A stretch of DNA of 55,596 nt, taken from NCBI GenBank assembly GCA_964418365.1, contig CAYQLM010000004.1, positions 1-55,596 on the forward strand, in the 5' to 3' direction. The DNA is from an uncultured Dehalococcoidia bacterium. GTDB lineage: Bacteria > Chloroflexota > Dehalococcoidia > DSTF01 > RBG-16-68-14. Numbering within the stretch: position 1 is the first letter of the stretch; each line of letters opens with the position of its first letter. Below are positions 8,974-17,341 of the stretch, piece after piece. The notes beneath the pieces were generated by a model, which saw nothing but the letters and a program-made list of their open reading frames with translations, had not been told where the DNA came from and made no database searches. The translations under genes were made by a program, and so were the position numbers.

Positions 8974-11085
8974 ATGCATCGCTTCATTTTTCGCTGGCGT
9001 TTCCTGGCGCTGGTGGTACCCATCGCGGCGATGGCCGCGTTGGTGTTCCTCGGCGGCGGGTCGGGCACCATGCGCACACTGGCCACGGGCCCCACGCCTT
9101 CCGGAACACATCCGACCTTGACCGGCGCGAGCTGCGCCGACGTCTACCTAGACCTCAATAACGACAACAATCCTGACGACCTCAACGGCGACACCAGCAT
9201 CACGGACGCGGACATCACCTCGATGACGATGGCGCGTACGGAGAACAGCCAGACGAACCCGACGACGGAATACAGCGTCACCACGGTCAGCTACCTTGGT
9301 TACGCAGGAGTCGGCGGGCTCGTCCCGGGCGGCCCACCCGCACCGGTGAGCCCAACCAACATGACCTGTGGAGATTCCACGACGGCTGCGGGAAGCTCGG
9401 CAGAAATGAATCGCTTCGGCGGCCCGTTCGAGGTGGCCTACGGGAACCAGTACGGCTACCGCCCGACGGCCGTCGGCACGTACGACTCAGGCACACACGT
9501 CCTGAGCTTTAGCAGCTGCGGCTACAGCGAGGCGCAGAGCGCCTGGGTCCGCATCGACAGCCGCTCCGTCATCTCGAAGGTCGGCGGCGGCGCCGGCACG
9601 GAGAACGACGGCGACGGCGCGCTCTACCTCGGCGCGGGCGCTCCGAGCAGCGGCGCCATCGACCTCAACGGCGACGGCGTCTTCGACGCGGCCACAGACG
9701 GGACGTCGTGCGCGACGACGGGCGCGTTCGAGTACAACTTCGTGACGAAGTCCTACAGCCGCGACCCGACGACGGACTTTACCTCCGCGACGAAGAACAG
9801 CGGGATCGCCGCCGACACGAACGGTCCGGCGAACGGCAAGGGCAACCAGGTTGCCGACACGGCGGACGGCAAGGCCGACGACTGGGACGGCGATGGTTGC
9901 ACGGACTGGGACGAGTTGGCCAAGTACTACAAGCCCTCGGTCCCGCTCACCTACCCGCCGAGCTACACGTGGGACGCCACGAGCAACCCCGTGAGCGGCA
10001 TGGACCCGTTCAACCCGTACGACTGTGACATGAACTTCACCAGCACGATCTCCCTGACGACGACGATCGTCCACAACACCAACGGCGCCGGCAGCGGCAG
10101 CAACGCGACCGGCTGCACGTTCGTGCAGATCATCGGAAACACCTGCGGCAACGGCAACGGACAGTACTTCCGCTGCATCGGCTCGTTCAACCAGACCAAG
10201 TCCGGGTCCTCGCAGCCGCTGTCGATCCGTCTGGGCTGCTACTCGGACAGCACGGTGACCACGGTGAATAGCACCCTGGCAGGCGGGAATAACACCTGTC
10301 CGCCAGCGAATGACGAGATGTGCGGCGACGGCAAGTCGGGCCAGCCACCCGCCGGCTGTCTGCCGAACCCAGGCACACCGGCCTGGTGCTCGGACGCCAC
10401 TGCAGGCAGCTGTCCCACACTGCCCTGCGCGGCATCGCGCTACGTCTACACCGGTATCGACCCCGCGACGTACCCGGTCGTCGCACCGGGCGATACGACG
10501 CACAACTACGTCGATACCGTTGCGAACCAGGTACACCTGGGCGGCTGCTTCGCCGGCTTCGGCGGAGGGGCGTTCGGCAACGTGTATGGCAGCTCGACGA
10601 TCGATCTGCATACCGGCGCCGGCTCGTTCCAGATCTACCTGAACCAGACCCTGACGAACTGCCAGAACGGCACGCCCAGCGGCGGTGCGGTCAACGGCCA
10701 GATCACCATCGTGGAGCTGCGTACTGAGAAGGGCCTGACGGCCGCTCAGATGTACGACAGCGACCGAGACGGCTGCGCCGACTCGCAGGAGCTGCTGTCC
10801 AGTCAGGGCATGGGCGGCAACCGCGACCCGTACAATCCGAATGACTACTTCAACCCTGAGAAGACCAACACGCCGAACTTCCAGACGGTGGCGGACATCC
10901 TGAAGGTGGTCGGCCAGTACGGCAAGGGCCAGGGCCACGTGTTGTACACAAGGGCAACCGACAGGACGGCTGTGCCGGGCGGCCAGGTCTGGAACCTGGG
11001 CGCTCCGGACGGTCAGCAAACGGTGGCGGACATCCTGGCCGCGGTGAAACAGTACAACCACAACTGCGCCTACTCAGCGCCGTAG
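8974..11085 (+). CDS. Secreted Cys-rich surface protein with flexitail-type C-terminus (paralog 2)
   Basis: Start MHRFIFRW behind AGGAGGTATTC; signal peptide; EF-hand-like DLNGDG loops; same C-terminal domain as paralog 1. Confidence 0.8.
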   Translation: MHRFIFRWRFLALVVPIAAMAALVFLGGGSGTMRTLATGPTPSGTHPTLTGASCADVYLDLNNDNNPDDLNGDTSITDADITSMTMARTENSQTNPTTEYSVTTVSYLGYAGVGGLVPGGPPAPVSPTNMTCGDSTTAAGSSAEMNRFGGPFEVAYGNQYGYRPTAVGTYDSGTHVLSFSSCGYSEAQSAWVRIDSRSVISKVGGGAGTENDGDGALYLGAGAPSSGAIDLNGDGVFDAATDGTSCATTGAFEYNFVTKSYSRDPTTDFTSATKNSGIAADTNGPANGKGNQVADTADGKADDWDGDGCTDWDELAKYYKPSVPLTYPPSYTWDATSNPVSGMDPFNPYDCDMNFTSTISLTTTIVHNTNGAGSGSNATGCTFVQIIGNTCGNGNGQYFRCIGSFNQTKSGSSQPLSIRLGCYSDSTVTTVNSTLAGGNNTCPPANDEMCGDGKSGQPPAGCLPNPGTPAWCSDATAGSCPTLPCAASRYVYTGIDPATYPVVAPGDTTHNYVDTVANQVHLGGCFAGFGGGAFGNVYGSSTIDLHTGAGSFQIYLNQTLTNCQNGTPSGGAVNGQITIVELRTEKGLTAAQMYDSDRDGCADSQELLSSQGMGGNRDPYNPNDYFNPEKTNTPNFQTVADILKVVGQYGKGQGHVLYTRATDRTAVPGGQVWNLGAPDGQQTVADILAAVKQYNHNCAYSAP

Positions 11086-11106
11086 CGCCGAGAAGGCACG
11101 AATGCT

Positions 11107-11144
11107 AAAGGAACTCCCCGCCTTGGGCGGGGAGCTCCTTTCTT
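11107..11144. terminator. Intrinsic terminator, probably bidirectional
   Basis: AAAGGAACTCCCCGCC-TTG-GGCGGGGAGCTCCTTT between convergent genes. Confidence 0.75.
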
Positions 11145-11161
11145 ACCTCCGATGCGCTGAG

Positions 11162-11992
11162 CTAGACCGGCGCCGCTGTAACGAACAGGATGCCGCGCGC
11201 GAGCAGCTCGCCCACGAAGACGGCGCCGACAGCGATGTAGAGCAAGCCTGTCGCCGACATCATCGCGCGCTCCTTGCTCGACTGCCACGCCATGTAGGCG
11301 AGCACGATAGGAAAGACGAGCCCGACGCTGATGCGCAGCCAGAACGCCGGGTTCGAGCCGAGGCTGCCCGCGAGGATGGCGCTGCTATGGGGAACGTCGC
11401 GAGCGGGGATCGTGGCGTTCAGCACGAGCAGGGCGGCCTGGAGCAGCAGGGCGGCGAGCAGCAAGAACGTCAGCTCTTCGAGCGGCTTACCCGGCAGCTT
11501 GGGCGAGACGAGATACCAGTGGCCCAGCACCATCGCCTCGGTGACGAAGCCGAGCGCGAGCGCGCCGGCGAGCAGGCTCAGCATCGGGCCGGGAAAGCCC
11601 CAGGTCGGCGGGCTGACCTGGTACGCGAGCACGCCCAGGCCGGCGACACCCACGATCGTTGCGAACGCGCCGACGGCCAGCGAGACCTCCCGTCTGCCGC
11701 GCAGGACCGCAAGCGCGTACGCGAGCGCGATCACGAGGAAGGCGACAAAGACGCCCCGCACGGCTCCGTACAGGCCGGCGTGCAGATGGTAGCCCTCGGG
11801 ATCGGCGCCGCTCGCGCTGAAGGAAGCGAGCAGCGTGAGCGCAGCGCCCGCCACGACTAGCACCGCCGAGAGCTTGACGAACCCCGCGACGACCATGCCA
11901 CGCGCATCGGCGACGAGCACGGCGACGAGCGTGCCGACGCTGAACTCGGCCATGATCAGCAGCACCGTCTGGGGCAGCGCATCGAGGTTCAT
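11162..11992 (-). CDS. Multi-pass membrane protein (DmsC/NrfD anchor-like, tentative)
   Basis: Likely start MNLDALPQ; about 8 TMs; AMVLGHWYLVSP and SATGLLY..GELLAR motifs. Confidence 0.6.
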   Translation of the reverse strand: MNLDALPQTVLLIMAEFSVGTLVAVLVADARGMVVAGFVKLSAVLVVAGAALTLLASFSASGADPEGYHLHAGLYGAVRGVFVAFLVIALAYALAVLRGRREVSLAVGAFATIVGVAGLGVLAYQVSPPTWGFPGPMLSLLAGALALGFVTEAMVLGHWYLVSPKLPGKPLEELTFLLLAALLLQAALLVLNATIPARDVPHSSAILAGSLGSNPAFWLRISVGLVFPIVLAYMAWQSSKERAMMSATGLLYIAVGAVFVGELLARGILFVTAAPV

Positions 11993-12008
11993 GCAGGGAC
12001 ATCGTAGG

Positions 12009-12056
12009 GAAGCCGGAGGCTGGAGGCTAGAACCTGGAAGCTGGAGTCTGGATGCG
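12009..12056. repeat. Heptamer array (GGAAGCC/GGAGGCT/AGAACCT/GGAAGCT/GGAGTCT)
   Basis: 7-nt periodicity; inverted counterpart at 12718-12746. Confidence 0.7.
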
Positions 12057-12069
12057 AGACGTGGGAGCT

Positions 12070-12714
12070 TCAGTTGCGCTCCGCCGCGCGCAGCTCGGCG
12101 CTGGCCAGCTTCCCCAAGCTCCGCCAGTCCGCGAGCTGTTGCTCGTGCGGGCGATGGAGCGTCGATTGGATGCTGGGGTGGTAGAGCGGCACGAGCGTCC
12201 GGCCCGCCCACGGGCGCGGCTGCGCGACATCGCGACGCAGCACCGCGCCGTGCGGTTCGATCGCGCGCAACGCATCGAGGGCGACCACGCCGAGCGTGAC
12301 GATCAACGGCGCGCGCACGATCCGGAGCTGCTCGGCGAAAAAGTCCCGGCATGCGGCGACTTCTCGCGCCGCCGGCCGGCGGTTCAACCCGCGATCGGTA
12401 AGCGGATTGCAGAGCACCGCGTTCGTGACGAAGACGCACTCGCGGCGCAGGCCGGCGACGGCAAGGAAGGCATCGAAGCGGCGGCCCGCCACGTCGGAGG
12501 TCAGCGGCACGCCGGTGCGGGCCGCGCCCAGGCGGCCCGGCGCCTCGGCGACGAAGAGGACATCGGCATCGAGCGGGCCGTTCGCCGCGCTCAGGACGTG
12601 GACGTGGCGCATCGATGCGCAGGCGGCACAGCGCCGGACGCGCTGCAGCAAGCTCTCGAACGACGTCGCGGCGGCCGCTGGGGTCTGGAAGCGGGCTGCA
12701 CTACCGATCGTCAT
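12070..12714 (-). CDS. Uracil-DNA glycosylase (family 4-like, Fe-S)
   Basis: CAAC, FVAEAPG, VFVTNAVLCNP, P..REVAAC and LYHPS motifs. Confidence 0.88.
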   Translation of the reverse strand: MTIGSAARFQTPAAAATSFESLLQRVRRCAACASMRHVHVLSAANGPLDADVLFVAEAPGRLGAARTGVPLTSDVAGRRFDAFLAVAGLRRECVFVTNAVLCNPLTDRGLNRRPAAREVAACRDFFAEQLRIVRAPLIVTLGVVALDALRAIEPHGAVLRRDVAQPRPWAGRTLVPLYHPSIQSTLHRPHEQQLADWRSLGKLASAELRAAERN

Positions 12715-12717
12715 CCG

Positions 12718-12746
12718 TCGAGCCTCCAGCTTCGAGCATCGAGCTT
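12718..12746. repeat. Heptamer array, inverted relative to 12009-12056
   Basis: TCGAGCC-TCCAGCT-TCGAGCA-TCGAGCT. Confidence 0.65.
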
Positions 12747-12798
12747 CTCTCGGTGAAGGTGCTAGTAGCACAGCATGGTACAATAGCGCCGATCTCCC

Positions 12799-13314
12799 AT
12801 GTCGACCCGGCCCGTCCCTGAGTATGACGAGTCGCGCTGGCTCCTGAAGGCGCTACGCGAGACCGCGCACGAGCTCGAGTCGCAGCTCTGGGGCCTCGAC
12901 GAAGACGACTTCCGTTGGCGGCCATCAGACGACGGGCTCTGTCTGAAAGAGATCGCCGCGCACCTGCGCGACTGCGAGGCGCACTTCCTGCGCACACTGG
13001 AGACGATCGCGCTCGAGGACGTTCCGTGCGTCACCGCGTTCGACGCGGACGGCCTGCTGCTCGACCGCGACTACCGCGACAGCGACGTATACGAATCGCT
13101 GGAGGAGCTCGAGCGGCTGCGCTCCCGTTCGGTCAGTCTGCTCTGGCAGCTCGCGGAAGATGAGTGGGAGCGCAGCGGCATCCACCCCTACCTGGGACCC
13201 GTTACGATCGCGCGTCTCGCGCGCGAGCAGAGCCAGCACGACCTCGAGCACCTGTGGGAAGCGCGTCGCGTGCGTGCCCTCCTCGAAGAGCGCGTGCCCG
13301 CTGGCGGCCGGTAG
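12799..13314 (+). CDS. DinB/YfiT family protein
   Basis: KEIAAHLRDCE and HDLEHL metal His motifs; GIHP..G.VT. Confidence 0.85.
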   Translation: MSTRPVPEYDESRWLLKALRETAHELESQLWGLDEDDFRWRPSDDGLCLKEIAAHLRDCEAHFLRTLETIALEDVPCVTAFDADGLLLDRDYRDSDVYESLEELERLRSRSVSLLWQLAEDEWERSGIHPYLGPVTIARLAREQSQHDLEHLWEARRVRALLEERVPAGGR

Positions 13315-13383
13315 AGTCTTCCAAAGCTGAGGACGCACGGACCTTCCAGAGACGGTTCGCGGGTTGGCCGATGCCGAACGCCG

Positions 13384-14255
13384 CTAAGGGAACAGTGCGT
13401 CGAGGATCTCCTCGATGCGCTCTACCAGGAGGAGGTGGCCGCCGCCGGGATAGAACCTGGCGTGACAGTTGGGATCGCCTGAGCCTGGTAGCGGCCCATG
13501 GACGGCGGCACCATCACGTCTGCTTCTCCCTGCCAGAGGTGGATCTCCATGGTGATCTCTTCAAGGCGAAACCCCCAGGGTCGGGCCAGAAGCGTTAGCT
13601 CCCAGGCGGCGCCGCGGCTTCCATGACGGAACGGCTCCGCGACATTCTGCACGGCGAACGCCCTGAACTCCGGCTGAGCGATCAGAGCCCTGTCGGACGG
13701 AGGGGACCAGCGGCTTTGGAGCCAGATGGATGGGCCGGCAAGATGCCGCGTTACCTGGTTCAACAGCCACATCACCGGCCGGACAAACCAGGGCGAAGCG
13801 CGGGCGAGCCTCATCAGCGCGCGGAGCCACCGCATCATCCCCCTGGTCGCGTGTGGCGCGTCGAACGGGCCGACACCGCTTACGATGGCCGCTGCCGTCA
13901 AGCGCTGCGGGATCCTCAGCGCGCATGCCGCCACGTGCGGGCCGCCGGCGGAGAGGCCCAGCACGGCAAGCCGCTCGATGCCGAGGGCATCGGCCGCCTC
14001 GACGACGTCGTCAGGCCAGTCGAGGATCCTGCGGCCGGACTTGAAGTCCGACAGTCCGAAGCCCGGCCGGTCGAACCCCAGCACTCGGACGCCCCGTCGC
14101 CGCGCGGGCCCGTCGATGAGGTGCGCTTCGACGCGCGAGCCCGGGGAGCCGTGGAAGTAGAAGAGCGGCTTGCCGTCGCGGTCTCCGTACTCGGCATACC
14201 CGAGCACCCGGCCGTCGCTCAGCCGAAGTGTCTGGCCGATCCTCTCGGAAGCCAC
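13384..14255 (-). pseudogene. Alpha/beta hydrolase with a 1-nt frameshift near the C-terminus
   Basis: HGSPGSR, DRPGFGLS, GLSAGG and WQGEAD are present. The catalytic-His segment NCHARFYPGGGHLL..ILDALFP* continues in another frame after about 13470. Confidence 0.75.
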
Positions 14256-14326
14256 GCGCCAAGTCTACCAGACAGCAGACCTGGAGCATCTGTGAGGGAA
14301 TGGATGTAGGGCGGTCAGCACAGACG

Positions 14327-14354
14327 CGAAGGCCGCCCAAACGGGCGGCCTTCG
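14327..14354 (-). terminator. Stem-loop downstream of the ferritin-like pair
   Basis: CGAAGGCCGCCC-AAAC-GGGCGGCCTTCG perfect 12-bp stem. Confidence 0.65.
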
Positions 14355-14378
14355 GAACGAGGTGCGGCGGGGCTCGGG

Positions 14379-15758
14379 CTACGGGCTCTCGAGAACGTCC
14401 TTGAACGCGGGAATGAGCTTGTTGCCGCGATCGTAGATCGTCGCGGTCTCTAGCGTCTGCAGATAGCGTTGGAGCTGGTGCGCGCGCAGCTCCTTCAGCC
14501 GCTCTTTGCCTTCCGCCACGGTGTCGCCGAGAGCGAGGATCATCGCTTCGCGCAGAGCGGTATCCCGCCGGAGGTCGGCGGCCATCATCGCCTCGCCGCG
14601 GTTGAGCCACGTCGTGACGCGATCGAGGCTGTCTTCCTCGCCGTGGCGGATGTAGAACTTCAGGTGATCGACGCCGTAGGCGAGATGCCGGCGCAGGTCG
14701 TTCGCCGTGTTCTCGAAGAGCTGGCGGTCCGCCTGCGAGCGACCGAGCTTGTCACCCCACTCGCAGAGGCCCAGCATAAGCGACGCGCGCAGGATGTTCA
14801 CGTAGCAGACGTACTCGGTGAACTTGAAGGCGGCGTAGACGGTGCGGTGCATGAAGCCCGGCGTCTGCACGCCCAGGCCGCCGCCGTTCGCGAGCGCGCG
14901 CTTGCGGAACGCCTCGCAGTGGCGGGCCTGCTCGAACACCTGCGTCGCCAGGTAGAGCTTCACCTCGTGGTAGCCGTACGAGATGTCCTTCAGCCAGCCC
15001 ATCAGCACCTGGTTCGAGTTGTACTGCACTTCCGAGAGGTTGGTGAAGATTTGATCGAGCGACAGCTCGATGTGGTCCGGCAGCGGCTCGATGGAGCCCC
15101 AGGAGATATCGGTCGCGGGCGCCCAGCGCTCGCGGATCGCCGCTTCGTAGAGATCGGCGGAGTTCTCCGCCCAGACCTCGGCCTTCTCGTAGATCGTGTA
15201 GGGCGCGGGCAGGCCGCGGTTGTCCGGGGGCGCGGGCCAGGCGCCGCGCGGAGTATCGTTCTGGTAGGGCCAGTGGTCAGGCGCCCAGCCGTAGGAGCCG
15301 TAGTCGGCCATGCGCAGCGTGAAGCCCTCAGGGCCGGTGATCGTCGGGCGCGGCGGGCGCTCCGTGGGCGCCTTCGCCCAGCCCATGTTCAGCGGCGGCG
15401 GCTGGAAGCCGTAGCCTCCGCCGGAACCGAGCGCGACGTTGACCTTCGAGACCTTGTTGGCGTCGTTGAACGTCAGGACGACACGGAGCGCGCCGAAGCG
15501 GCCACCCGTCGCGGCGAGGTTGACGGTATCGCCCTCTTCTTCAGGCTCGAGCCACTGCACGTCGGCGCGGCCCCCCATCGGACGGCTCTTGAGCTGCTGC
15601 CCGACAGCCGCCTTGCCCGAGAAATCGCCCAGCATCGGCAGCGACAGGACGACATCGTCCGCCATCAGCGTGACCAGATCATCGACCTTGTTCTCGCGCT
15701 GGAAGGCGAGGTACTGGCGGGCGAGGTCGACTCGGGTGGCGGTAGCGGCTTCAGCCAT
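14379..15758 (-). CDS. SnoaL/NTF2-like domain fused to a ferritin-like domain with degenerate metal ligands
   Basis: N-terminal DDLVTLMADDVVL..GDFSGKAAV (SnoaL-like). C-terminal part is homologous to 15886-16971 (LYEAAIRERW..ATDISW, RH..AFRKRALANG). Confidence 0.75.
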   Translation of the reverse strand: MAEAATATRVDLARQYLAFQRENKVDDLVTLMADDVVLSLPMLGDFSGKAAVGQQLKSRPMGGRADVQWLEPEEEGDTVNLAATGGRFGALRVVLTFNDANKVSKVNVALGSGGGYGFQPPPLNMGWAKAPTERPPRPTITGPEGFTLRMADYGSYGWAPDHWPYQNDTPRGAWPAPPDNRGLPAPYTIYEKAEVWAENSADLYEAAIRERWAPATDISWGSIEPLPDHIELSLDQIFTNLSEVQYNSNQVLMGWLKDISYGYHEVKLYLATQVFEQARHCEAFRKRALANGGGLGVQTPGFMHRTVYAAFKFTEYVCYVNILRASLMLGLCEWGDKLGRSQADRQLFENTANDLRRHLAYGVDHLKFYIRHGEEDSLDRVTTWLNRGEAMMAADLRRDTALREAMILALGDTVAEGKERLKELRAHQLQRYLQTLETATIYDRGNKLIPAFKDVLESP

Positions 15759-15812
15759 GATCTTCCTTTTCTCTACTAACAGCGCAATATAGACGTTAGT
15801 TCAAGCACCGAC

Positions 15813-15877
15813 AGATCCTTCGCCCTCCACCCCGCTGCCGCCTTCTCTTTCCCCGCCCCACTCGGCTCAGGATGACA
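15813..15877. repeat. YGTC-type REP-like element
   Basis: AGATCCTTCG....CTCAGGATGACA ends; same family as 19513, 23109, 23696, 44608, 44689. Confidence 0.65.
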
Positions 15878-15885
15878 GAGTGGCG

Positions 15886-16971
15886 CTAGTTGCGGGGCGG
15901 ATCGAGGAACGCCTGCGCACGCGGGTGCATGCGCAGCCGCCGATCGCCTAGACCGACGACGTCGAGCCGATGCACGTATTCGTTGAACTGCCGGCGTCGC
16001 ACGGCCAGGAGCTTGTTGTAGCCGTCGTTCAGCTGCGCCTCGCTCTTGCCGCCCCCGAGCAGGATCGCCAACGCCTCGGTTGTGTCGCCGCCGCCGGTGA
16101 GGCCGGACTGGTTCGGCGTCGTGCCGACGAGGCCCTCCATGCGGTCTAGGTACGTGTGTACTTCCTCCTTGCGCTCCGGCTCTGTGTCGAGCAGGTGCTT
16201 CATGTGCATCACGCCGAACGCGACATGGCGGCTCTCGTCCTGCGCAGCGAGCCGGAAGATCTTCTTGTCGACCTCACTGTGCGCGATCATCTCGCCCATG
16301 CGGAAGAGCGACTGCACGAAGCCTTCGCCGACGAGATGGAGGCTCGCCGTCATGTCGACGAACGACTCCGCTGTCAGCAGACCGACGGCCCCGGGGCCCG
16401 CCTGCAGCAGGCCGATGCCGTTCGCGAGCGCGCGCTTGCGGAAAACATCGAGGTGGCGCGCTTCGTCCATGATCTGCGACGCGAGAAAGAGGCCGATCTC
16501 GAAGTGATCGGCGCTGATGCTCGGCGCGAACTTGCCGGGCACGTCGCCGGCGATGAACTCGACCTGCGTCAGGAACGTGCAGAGCTGCGACATCGCGAGC
16601 TCGAGGTCTTCGTCGAGCTCCGGCATGTCTTCCCACGGCACGTCGGTCGCCGACGACCACTGGCGCTGCAGCGCTTCTTCGTAGAGCATCATCGCGGAGT
16701 CGGACCACGACTCCGACTTGATCAGCCAGTGCGCCGCGAGCTGCTGCGCATCCGGCCGGGGAGCGGAGCCGCGCATGCGGCCGCTCTGGTTGCGCGTTGT
16801 CTCGGGCGGGTTGCCGTACGAGCCGACGCTGATGTCCTCGAGCGTGAGGCCGCGCTTGCCGGGCGTGACGCGGAGGCCGCGCTGCGCGGCGGGCTTATCG
16901 ATCCAAGAGAGATCGAGGTCTTCGCCGGCGGTTTCCTTGCGCAGCTCTTGTAGCATTTCGGGCTTGACCAT
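15886..16971 (-). CDS. Ferritin-like diiron-carboxylate protein
   Basis: Complete ligand set QVEF / DEARH / VGEG / DESRH. Confidence 0.82.
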   Translation of the reverse strand: MVKPEMLQELRKETAGEDLDLSWIDKPAAQRGLRVTPGKRGLTLEDISVGSYGNPPETTRNQSGRMRGSAPRPDAQQLAAHWLIKSESWSDSAMMLYEEALQRQWSSATDVPWEDMPELDEDLELAMSQLCTFLTQVEFIAGDVPGKFAPSISADHFEIGLFLASQIMDEARHLDVFRKRALANGIGLLQAGPGAVGLLTAESFVDMTASLHLVGEGFVQSLFRMGEMIAHSEVDKKIFRLAAQDESRHVAFGVMHMKHLLDTEPERKEEVHTYLDRMEGLVGTTPNQSGLTGGGDTTEALAILLGGGKSEAQLNDGYNKLLAVRRRQFNEYVHRLDVVGLGDRRLRMHPRAQAFLDPPRN

Positions 16972-17030
16972 GAGATGGTCCTCCAGTCTGCGGCGGGGAC
17001 AGATAGTGGCGGAGTTCCAGTAGCGGAGTT

Positions 17031-17059
17031 ATTCTAGCACCTGCTAGAATCCCTTTCAA
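17031..17059 (-). promoter_or_regulatory. Promoter of the ferritin-like pair with overlapping palindrome
   Basis: Minus strand TTGAAA-17nt-TAGAAT with extended TG; perfect inverted repeat ATTCTAGCA-CC-TGCTAGAAT (17031-17050). Confidence 0.6.
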
Positions 17060-17199
17060 TCTGACATCTTATTCAGGAATCCGCGCGCGGCTCAGGGCTG
17101 GTTGACAGGGACATCGAGCTTGTCGTTCAATCTAACCAGACGCGGGGCGCTTGTCCCGCAACGACTGGCAGCACCGGCAGTCAGGGAGGTCTCGGTTTC

Positions 17200-17277
17200 A
17201 TGTTGTGCTTGGTCCTTCTCGAGCACCGCAACGCACGGCCCGCTGGCTTGGTGAGACGGAGTGTGCCTAAACAGTAG
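17200..17277 (+). CDS. Putative attenuator leader peptide MLCLVLLEHRNARPAGLVRRSVPKQ
   Basis: GGAGG SD; the ORF contains the antiterminator strand; followed by a terminator before the MFS gene. Confidence 0.6.
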   Translation: MLCLVLLEHRNARPAGLVRRSVPKQ

Positions 17278-17298
17278 GTAGATGATTCGGCGCACCTG

Positions 17299-17331
17299 AG
17301 CCACGGGCAACCACCCGTGGCTTTTTCTTTT
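17299..17331 (+). terminator. Attenuator terminator upstream of the MFS gene
   Basis: AGCCACGGG-CAACCA-CCCGTGGCT-TTTTCTTTT. Confidence 0.8.
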
Positions 17332-17341
17332 GAGGTGCGCG

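Noticed and set aside
7474..11061. Long antisense ORFs (e.g. 7474-8868, 9487-11061; also 14469-15779, 51131-52405)
   Set aside because: Shadow frames of high-GC genes; no recognisable motifs and fully overlapping better-supported CDS.
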